Source: Patescibacteria group bacterium
GTDB lineage: Bacteria; Patescibacteriota; Minisyncoccia; Phycocordibacterales; UBA918
DNA length: 54,938 nt
NCBI GenBank assembly: GCA_039188945.1
Contig: JBCCYW010000005.1
Location: forward strand, 1 to 54,938
Direction of reading: 5' to 3'
Each line of letters starts with the position of its first letter. Position 1 is the first letter of the stretch. Below, one piece after another: positions 25,113-31,467 of this stretch. A program made the position numbers and the translations under genes. The notes below the pieces were generated by a model. That model did no database searches, was not told the origin of the DNA, and saw nothing but the letters and a program-made list of their open reading frames with translations.

Positions 25113-26799
25113 CCTTCTGGGATTCCCTATCATTTTGAGGGGTCTCAACAACACATTTAGTATTGAAAAGAAAGCGTTTTTTAGCGGTACCACTAACTAA
25201 TTCTTGGTAGGTTGGTAAATCCTCGAAGAATAGTTGAAATAACTGCTTCTGACGCAGCGGATTATCTTTGTCTATCAAGGCTTTTTCGGGGAGTTCCACT
25301 ATTTTCTTGGCGTAACTGATAAGTTCAGCAATATTGTCTTCTGTAAGGTCAACTGAGAAACGGACCGACTCAGCTTTTTTGATGTCACGCTCAATGTTCT
25401 CAAGTTGTTTTTCGAGCATTTGCTTCACTGACGAACTCTCTGTATTCACCAGTGTCTCAAGGGTTTTCCCTTGCTGACTCTTCAGGAGCGTCACACGCTC
25501 ATTGAGCTTCTCTGATTCTTGCACCGCATCTTTCTGTCGCTTACGTAACTTTCGGACTAACACTTCCTCTAGCACTTTCAAATAGTCACTGTCGTACTCA
25601 ACTCCTTTGAGAAATTGCTCAACCGTCTCGTTCATTTGTTGCCGACTCACTGAGAACGACTTATGACCACGAGCACAGTGATACTGCGGATAACGACCAC
25701 CTCGCCCTTTCGGAGCACTACCCTTTAGCGGACTACCGCATTGTGGGCAAGCCACACACTTAAATGGATACTCTGGGTTGTATCTAAGTCGCTGAAAGAC
25801 TGGCTTTTCAGTTTTGTAGTCATAGAGAATCTCTAGTAAGTTGTCGTCATACTCTTTGATAAAAATCTTCCCGCGATTGGCTTTATTCCATAGCTCTATA
25901 GAAACCAAACCATCCCACTGCGCTTTGATTGGCTTGTTGTGTGTCCACTTCTCACACAGCACCCCTGCGTAAGCAAAACGTTGGTAGATGCGTTGTAGTT
26001 GTTTTATCTGTAGTTTCTTACCTCCTCCCTGCCCAATAATCTCAGTATGGGCTTTGTTCCAGCGGTTGAAGGTTTTGGTACGAAAGCCCATGTCATCGTT
26101 CAATATGCGCAGTATCTCTTGGTCAGTATGCTGCCCTCCTGCTCGTAACTCAAAAATCTTTTTAAAGAAGTGTGCTCGCTCAGGGTCTGACGCTTGAATA
26201 AAACGAATCTGCGTGCCAGCAACCACCTTCTGGTTTACATACCCATCATCAGGTCGACCGATTTGGTATCCCTTCTGGGTATAGGTAATCTGCTTTGGAA
26301 TCGTACGACGTAGGATAGTATCTCGCTCTATCTTTGCTTGTGTTGAGAGAATTGTTTCTGAGATTTCACTTGGCGATTCATAACCCCATTCATACTCATT
26401 AAAACCAAGATTATCCAACTCAGTTAAGTTTTTTGACTCCTGAATTATTCCCCGCTCATCAACCAAAACTACATTTAGTTCGCGCAACTCTCTTTTCATT
26501 GCTTCATACTCAGACGTGCCAGCACGTGACAATCGGTCAATACATGGAATGAGATAGTAGCCAACCTTCCCAGGATGCTCTCGAATGTATGCAAGATGGT
26601 CCTCAAATAGTTTTCGACGTTTAGTGGCTGTGCCAATTTCTTCAAACACTTTACCAGACGGCAAAAGCTCCCAATCACGTACAGCAGCATAGTTCTCCAA
26701 GGCTTTTACTTGCAGCTCCATACTCTCCCCAGCTACTTGCTGGGTGCTACTCAGACGAGCACTAGCGATACAGGTTTGTGGACGTTCTGGATTACTCAT
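25045..26799 (-). CDS. large serine recombinase (phage-type serine integrase)
   Basis: N-terminal resolvase catalytic region (CIASARLSSTQQ...CIDRLSRAG). Recombinase domain. Zinc ribbon CVACPQCG...YHCARGH. Long coiled-coil C-terminal part. The last ~23 codons are antisense to tRNA-His. Confidence 0.9.
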   Translation of the reverse strand: MSNPERPQTCIASARLSSTQQVAGESMELQVKALENYAAVRDWELLPSGKVFEEIGTATKRRKLFEDHLAYIREHPGKVGYYLIPCIDRLSRAGTSEYEAMKRELRELNVVLVDERGIIQESKNLTELDNLGFNEYEWGYESPSEISETILSTQAKIERDTILRRTIPKQITYTQKGYQIGRPDDGYVNQKVVAGTQIRFIQASDPERAHFFKKIFELRAGGQHTDQEILRILNDDMGFRTKTFNRWNKAHTEIIGQGGGKKLQIKQLQRIYQRFAYAGVLCEKWTHNKPIKAQWDGLVSIELWNKANRGKIFIKEYDDNLLEILYDYKTEKPVFQRLRYNPEYPFKCVACPQCGSPLKGSAPKGRGGRYPQYHCARGHKSFSVSRQQMNETVEQFLKGVEYDSDYLKVLEEVLVRKLRKRQKDAVQESEKLNERVTLLKSQQGKTLETLVNTESSSVKQMLEKQLENIERDIKKAESVRFSVDLTEDNIAELISYAKKIVELPEKALIDKDNPLRQKQLFQLFFEDLPTYQELVSGTAKKRFLFNTKCVVETPQNDRESQKGRLPGIEPGQPVPQTGALTVTP

Positions 26800-26803
26800 A
26801 CAT

Positions 26804-26953
26804 TTATTCTACTACCTCTCGCTCACTGAGCCATTTATCTAAAATCATATCCGCCTGTGCATCAACAAAATCACGAAAAAACTCCACAGACTCTTCGTCT
26901 ACCGTGACGTTTTTGTCTTTGAGTATTTGTCGAAACTCTTCTAATGCAGTCAT
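26804..26953 (-). CDS. small acidic helical protein (49 aa) immediately upstream of the integrase
   Basis: MTALEEFRQILKDKNVTVDEESVEFFRDFVDAQADMILDKWLSEREVVE. Its stop lies 4 nt before the integrase ATG. Track start 27058 is a TTG. Confidence 0.4.
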   Translation of the reverse strand: MTALEEFRQILKDKNVTVDEESVEFFRDFVDAQADMILDKWLSEREVVE

Positions 26954-27225
26954 AGCAATACTGGCCCCGCTTTTACCTTCTGAAGGGATATAAAGCGGGA
27001 AGATGTTTGAGAGAAAGAAAATGAAGTAACTGGAGAGTACACCTGAAGTTCTCTCCAATTACCCCTTACCCAACCTCCGACCCTCTTCAGATGGCAGGGA
27101 CAGAGCGGGACAACTGTTTTTCCCTGCTTTCGCAAGAGGGCCTGAAATAGGGCTTGGTTTTGATTTGAAAAGAGGATTGTTGTTACACCAGTCGTCCCCT
27201 TAAAAGCTGGTCTATTCTTTCTGTT

Positions 27226-27280
27226 AGAACACAAAAGCGATGCATCGACCCAGAACTTCGATACATCGCTTTTGTGTTCT
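27226..27280. repeat. 23-bp-arm inverted repeat (1 mismatch) with 9-nt loop
   Basis: AGAACACAAAAGCGATGCATCGA (27226-27248) pairs with TCGATACATCGCTTTTGTGTTCT (27258-27280). A second small hairpin, CACACG-TCT-CGTGTG, lies at 27285-27299. Confidence 0.85.
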
Positions 27281-27364
27281 GGGTCACACGTCTCGTGTGC
27301 AGATATATTGAATTAAAAAGCTCCACAACACAGTTGTAGAGTACTTGTAGAAACGTATGGAAAC

Positions 27365-28051
27365 TTAGTCAGCGATAATACGAAAACTTTTTGTATTTAA
27401 CGTATATCCAGTCCCATTGTGAACAATAAGGTCAGAAGATACTTGTAGGTTTTTCCTAAAAATCTCATTGATGCTAGCAATATCAGCCGATACGCGATTG
27501 GCTTCTAAATGAGCTGCCAGATTTTTTGCTCGCAACCCATTTGGTAATGCGTCTAGGAGGTCAAAAATCATCTGACGGCGCATACCTCGATTTTTATAGC
27601 GCTTTGCGGGATTGCTCTCTAAATATATCCCTCTCTCATCAATCACAACTGAAATCTTACTCGTTTTGGTCCTAGTGGCCACATTACCCTTAAAGTCTTC
27701 AACTTGCTTTTGTAGCCACAGAACAGCTGCTTGGTATTGCTGCGGTTTTAAGGATTGATACCGAGCAATTGATTTCAATTGCTTACGCTCCTGCTGAATT
27801 GCTGGCACGTCCATCATTTGCACGCAGACTTTTTGATAGTACTCACGAGCTTTTTTATATCCGAAAGAATCATCTTTTGCTGTATGGAAAGCAGCTGAAA
27901 CAGCATTATTTAGAGCCGCGTGACCACCTAACGTTTCTAGGTATTTCACCAGAGCAGTAAGTGGACGCCCCGTCTCAATCGGCAATTCACTTTGCTCAAC
28001 CACAACTTTAGCGAGCTTACTGAGTTCACGTCTGGGATATGTTCTGGGCAT
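27365..28051 (-). CDS. DNA-binding protein with C-terminal OmpR/PhoB-type winged-helix-like domain
   Basis: C-terminus RRQMIFDLLDALPNGLRAKNLAAHLEANRVSADIASINEIFRKNLQVSSDLIVHNGTGYTLN follows the trans_reg_C pattern (..L...L......v...I..LR.KL......I.tv.g.GY.L). The N-terminal 150 aa are unassigned. Confidence 0.55.
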   Translation of the reverse strand: MPRTYPRRELSKLAKVVVEQSELPIETGRPLTALVKYLETLGGHAALNNAVSAAFHTAKDDSFGYKKAREYYQKVCVQMMDVPAIQQERKQLKSIARYQSLKPQQYQAAVLWLQKQVEDFKGNVATRTKTSKISVVIDERGIYLESNPAKRYKNRGMRRQMIFDLLDALPNGLRAKNLAAHLEANRVSADIASINEIFRKNLQVSSDLIVHNGTGYTLNTKSFRIIAD

Positions 28052-28083
28052 GACTGCATCTTATCAAGAAACAGCAATGTCCG

Positions 28084-28269
28084 TTATTTCTCATCCTTCG
28101 CCACCGACCACGTCAGCGCCACCACCCAGCCAACTAACGTCCAACCAAGAAAGAGATTGAGGACAAAGATAGCCATAGTGTTGGTGCGTTTGCGGGCGAT
28201 GGCGATGCCTGTGGGGAGTAGATACGTTAGAGAAAGAACGCTGATAAGGATTCCGATAAATAATCTCAT
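28084..28269 (-). CDS. superinfection-immunity-like small membrane protein (61 aa)
   Basis: MRLFIGILISVLSLTYLLPTGIAIARKRTNTMAIFVLNLFLGWTLVGWVVALTWSV matches my recollection of the Imm-superinfection family core (..R....aIf.lN.flGWTliGWvvAL.Wa). The first ATG is at 28269, and the longer track ORF starts with TTG. Confidence 0.65.
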   Translation of the reverse strand: MRLFIGILISVLSLTYLLPTGIAIARKRTNTMAIFVLNLFLGWTLVGWVVALTWSVAKDEK

Positions 28270-28476
28270 GATGTGTTGCTTAGTGGGTAAAACCAGCAAC
28301 GGGACATACAAAAATCCCGTAACTAGGAGAGCCGAAGCCCCTATGCAGGTTTCCCCACACAACGAAGAGTACGCCCTAACTACGGGGTTTTTGTACTCTT
28401 CGATTTTCGACCATACCGCCAGATATGCTGTCGGGTTAGGCCTTATATTCAATTGTACGAAAGACTATAGCATGAA

Positions 28477-28944
28477 TTAGCTCACTAGAGCTGTTTCTGA
28501 TTCATCCTCTTTGATACTCATATCAACCAACACAAACGTGTTATCACTTGGTTGCAGTGGTGCACCATGAGCCCCTGTGGTCTCGATTCTGGTGTTGTAT
28601 TCGTCTTTACGGCGTCTTTCTAAGTACCACTGGTATTTGGTGTCTATGTTGGCCTTCAGGGCCAGTTTTGCCCTAATCGACAACTCACACTTACACGCCT
28701 TCCGAATCTTAGAAAACTCAGGGTGTATCTTGATGAAATAGTGCAGGTCTTGTTCGGAAATACCCGCGTAACCACAGGCTTCTATGTCATTTAGCTCTGC
28801 CCGAAAACCCTCAATCAATTTTTCAACTTTTGCCCTATCTATCCACCAACCATTATAAGTAAACTGCACACAGAAGTCAGGAAAGAGGTCATTTTTGATG
28901 ACGTAGAACGGTTTTTGCTTGCGTTTGGCTTGAGTGTGCTTCAT
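28477..28944 (-). CDS. phage-like HTH protein resembling small terminase subunits
   Basis: EACGYAGISEQDLHYFIKIHPEFSKIRKACKCELSIRAKLALKANI...WYLERRRKDEYN follows the common small-terminase N-terminal pattern (HTH, then 'peF...a.a', then 'W.Le.r.p..y'). Pattern-level call only. Confidence 0.45.
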   Translation of the reverse strand: MKHTQAKRKQKPFYVIKNDLFPDFCVQFTYNGWWIDRAKVEKLIEGFRAELNDIEACGYAGISEQDLHYFIKIHPEFSKIRKACKCELSIRAKLALKANIDTKYQWYLERRRKDEYNTRIETTGAHGAPLQPSDNTFVLVDMSIKEDESETALVS

Positions 28945-29011
28945 GGGGTGATTTTAGCAAATACATAGTCAGAAAAACAAAACCAGTCTTTGTGTTAACA
29001 TAAACATAATT

Positions 29012-29194
29012 ATGGCTAAGCAAGCAAGCGATTCATCATTCCGCCGCAAGCGCTCGGATACTAAAATAGGCACCATTGAGAAAAAATATGGTCGTGATTT
29101 TGGCGTGCGCTCTGATAAACAACTTGGTAATTTCCTAAAAGAAAAAGGATACCCTTCACTCAGCAAACTACTGAAGACTAACAATGGCAAGTAA
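29012..29194 (+). CDS. small basic protein (60 aa)
   Basis: MAKQASDSSFRRKRSDTKIGTIEKKYGRDFGVRSDKQLGNFLKEKGYPSLSKLLKTNNGK. Overlaps the next ORF by 11 nt. Looks more protein-like than the antisense 82-aa ORF. Confidence 0.45.
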   Translation: MAKQASDSSFRRKRSDTKIGTIEKKYGRDFGVRSDKQLGNFLKEKGYPSLSKLLKTNNGK

Positions 29195-29792
29195 CAACCT
29201 AGCGGATGAGATACCAAGTATTGAGACCTTAGAAGAACGCTTTCTTTTCATTGAAGATAAAACACTAAGGATAAATATCTCTCTAACCTTTCAATACATT
29301 ATCTTTTTGATTGCCGTCAGTGACCAAGAAAACACTGAAAAAAGTACCGTAGGTTCAACCATCCATAAAAGTATGATTATTCATACTGCTTCTATAATTG
29401 AAGGCTGTTTACACTACTGTCTTCAGACATATATTGAGACCAATCAAACAACTGAAGCAGATGCATTAGGTTTCGATAAAAAATTGATGCACCACAAAGA
29501 CGTATACGAGACTGAAACTGACGGCATGCTTTGCACAGCATTTCAAGTACGTGAACCTCGTACGTACTCAAATGAATTACAGCTACTGAACTTGATTAGA
29601 GCGTGTGAAAAGGCTGGTATTTTAGATAAAGAAACATACAAAAGCGCAGAGAAGATTCGTAAGTTACGAAATAAGGTTCATCTAGCTGGTTTGGGTGAAA
29701 TTGATGCTAAATACACCAAAGCTAATACGCAGGATATTTTCAAAGATGCCGCTGATATTCTAAATCGTATTGAAGCCCTACTTTTATTTTAA
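29184..29792 (+). CDS. all-alpha hypothetical protein (202 aa) with HEPN-like R-x(n)-H motif
   Basis: C-terminal AEKIRKLRNKVHLAG. The spacing is Rx6H from the first Arg, or RNxxH from the second, one residue shorter than the classic RNxxxH. No confident family. Confidence 0.55.
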   Translation: MASNNLADEIPSIETLEERFLFIEDKTLRINISLTFQYIIFLIAVSDQENTEKSTVGSTIHKSMIIHTASIIEGCLHYCLQTYIETNQTTEADALGFDKKLMHHKDVYETETDGMLCTAFQVREPRTYSNELQLLNLIRACEKAGILDKETYKSAEKIRKLRNKVHLAGLGEIDAKYTKANTQDIFKDAADILNRIEALLLF

Positions 29793-29828
29793 AACAAAAA
29801 CCGCCATGCAGTCTTTGCATAGCGGGCT

Positions 29829-29857
29829 GTGAGGGCGATGTGAGCAATCGCCCTCAC
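29829..29857. terminator. 11-bp hairpin between convergent genes (no clear U-tract)
   Basis: GTGAGGGCGAT-GTGAGCA-ATCGCCCTCAC. Confidence 0.35.
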
Positions 29858-29884
29858 GAAAGAACACAAGATGAGTGGACAAAG

Positions 29885-30253
29885 CTAACCAGTCTTCCTG
29901 TGCGGATAGAATGGCTTCAGTACTCTCAAGGTACGGCCGAACTGTCCCCATGATGCCATCTCTGTCTCATCAGGGTAGCCGCGCTCTGCGAGCAGTTCCA
30001 TAAACTCGTGCACTGTTATGTCTGGCAAATCACGCTCGGTAAACCGTGCCCGAGGTATAGCAGTTGCGAGTACAGCGCGTCCACTTTCTCCCGCCTCTTC
30101 AGGAGCATCAGGCTTCGGAAACATCATGAGCATGAAATCTTCGTAGTCATGTCGTGAAGAAGGTTCAGACGCCAAGTACAAATGGGCAAGAGGTTTCGGC
30201 AACACATTGATTACCTTACCCAGTAGTGAAAAAGTTCGTGATAGATTGTCCAC
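29885..30253 (-). CDS. hypothetical protein (122 aa)
   Basis: GTG start with GAAGGGA 8 nt upstream. No family recognised. Confidence 0.45.
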   Translation of the reverse strand: MDNLSRTFSLLGKVINVLPKPLAHLYLASEPSSRHDYEDFMLMMFPKPDAPEEAGESGRAVLATAIPRARFTERDLPDITVHEFMELLAERGYPDETEMASWGQFGRTLRVLKPFYPHRKTG

Positions 30254-30444
30254 CTCAATTCCCTTCTATGGTTGGTTCAGGTACACTCGGCACTATAACA
30301 AAAAAGATATTCATATCAAGTAAATAGGACTCTCGCATCACTCAACCAATCCAAACACATCTCCTCAAACTGGTTCCACTCGAGAGACAGTACGTGCCCA
30401 TTTTAAAACACTATGTTTAGCAATATATTCTAAGAGCCGTATAG

Positions 30445-31227
30445 TTAGTACGAACACTCAGCATTAACACTCACCTCGTCTTTCTTTGAGGTACTCCAAT
30501 TGGTACACGATTTAGTGCGATACCCAAGGCCATAGCTAGTGGCAATTGTACAAGTGGTATTTGGCTGCCGTTTGGACACACCAAGGTCAACGTTCGAGCC
30601 AGTTCCTTTACACGACACACGGAACTCTTTAGTTGCACTCGTACCGAGCGTATAGTCCCACTTACACTTACAGCTATCTTCACCCTCCTCTGGGGTACAT
30701 TTACAGTTATATGACTTGTACGTTGAATCGATAAACAGCGCCGCAGTGTCAAACGAACTATATAGAGAATCGTCAGCTGAGCCCGCATCGAGCATAATTA
30801 CTTCGTACGTGAGCGTGTCAGTGTTAGCGTTGTAGTCAGGATTCAACAGCTCTACGATCAGTACATGCTGATCGCCGTTTATATCGATAATATCAAGCGC
30901 TGCGTTAGGTGGTGTTTCTGCAAAGCTACCCTCCCCCAGTGACCAGTCACCGATGAAATCGGCTGTGGTTTCGCGCCCCACTTCTCGGGCTGGTCGGTCC
31001 GAGAAATATACTGTATCTGGAGCTGTGTTGTTTAAGGTGAGCGTTCCCGTCTCTCCCTCAAGGACAAGTGAGCCAGAACCGGCTGTTTGCACATAGAGCA
31101 AAGTCGGCTCAGCGACCACTGCCCCAGCTGACTGCTGGTTTTGCATGAGCGCGTACCCTATGATACTGGCCGCTATGATAAGTGAGCCACCAATAATGAG
31201 GTGGCTGGTATGTACATGTAATTGCAT
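30445..31227 (-). CDS. membrane-anchored/secreted protein with Cys-rich C-terminal domain
   Basis: N-terminal TM helix (IIGGSLIIAASIIGYAL), a beta-rich middle region (TLTLNNTAPDTVYFSDRPAREVG), and a last ~95 aa carrying 9 Cys (NCKCTPEEGEDSCKCKW...SCKG...TTCT...SCTNW...AECSY). Confidence 0.65.
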   Translation of the reverse strand: MQLHVHTSHLIIGGSLIIAASIIGYALMQNQQSAGAVVAEPTLLYVQTAGSGSLVLEGETGTLTLNNTAPDTVYFSDRPAREVGRETTADFIGDWSLGEGSFAETPPNAALDIIDINGDQHVLIVELLNPDYNANTDTLTYEVIMLDAGSADDSLYSSFDTAALFIDSTYKSYNCKCTPEEGEDSCKCKWDYTLGTSATKEFRVSCKGTGSNVDLGVSKRQPNTTCTIATSYGLGYRTKSCTNWSTSKKDEVSVNAECSY

Positions 31228-31467
31228 AGCTTAGTAATGATTGCGGATAAGCTTCTTGTAATAGTAACAAGTAAAAATCGATCTTTGGGTGAGTGACTGG
31301 GACAAGTCTTCTCTAATACTTTGGGCTGCAGAGTTCCTTGTTGTCGTCTGTACGACGGCGATGGAGATTTTTTGACTCTCTCTAGAATATACATTGTTCT
31401 GCTATCCTTTTTCTCAAACACAGCTGATCCCGCAGGGCGGCTGTTGAATTGCTATACTTAGTTTTGT

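Larger units (their letters stand above)
25113..30253. mobile_element. integrated accessory element flanking the tRNA-His 3' end; right boundary not determined
   Basis: Serine integrase abutting a tRNA, plus a superinfection-immunity-like gene, a wHTH regulator, a small-terminase-like HTH protein and orphan genes. No direct repeat of the tRNA 3' end was found by eye, so the extent is a guess. Confidence 0.45.

Noticed and set aside
26950-27234. 94-aa minus-strand ORF in the island's non-coding gap
   Set aside because: It has an odd composition, overlaps the 49-aa ORF start and has no SD. The region contains inverted repeats that suggest non-coding function.
28270-28452. TTG-initiated 122-aa version of the immunity-like ORF
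   Set aside because: The start codon is TTG and the extra 61 residues have no recognisable features. The family core is fully contained in the 61-aa ATG-initiated version. The longer form cannot be excluded.
28969-29217. 82-aa minus-strand ORF antisense to 29012..29194
   Set aside because: It is Leu/Ser/Phe-rich and looks like a mirror-frame artefact. The plus-strand ORF overlaps and appears coupled to the next plus-strand gene.
30254-30278. Possible attR: AATTCCCTTCTATGG resembles GATTCCCTATCATTT just 3' of tRNA-His
   Set aside because: Only a 7-nt exact core (ATTCCCT) matches. No copy of the tRNA 3' half was found anywhere to the right by eye. Serine integrases do not need long direct repeats, so the island boundary stays undefined.
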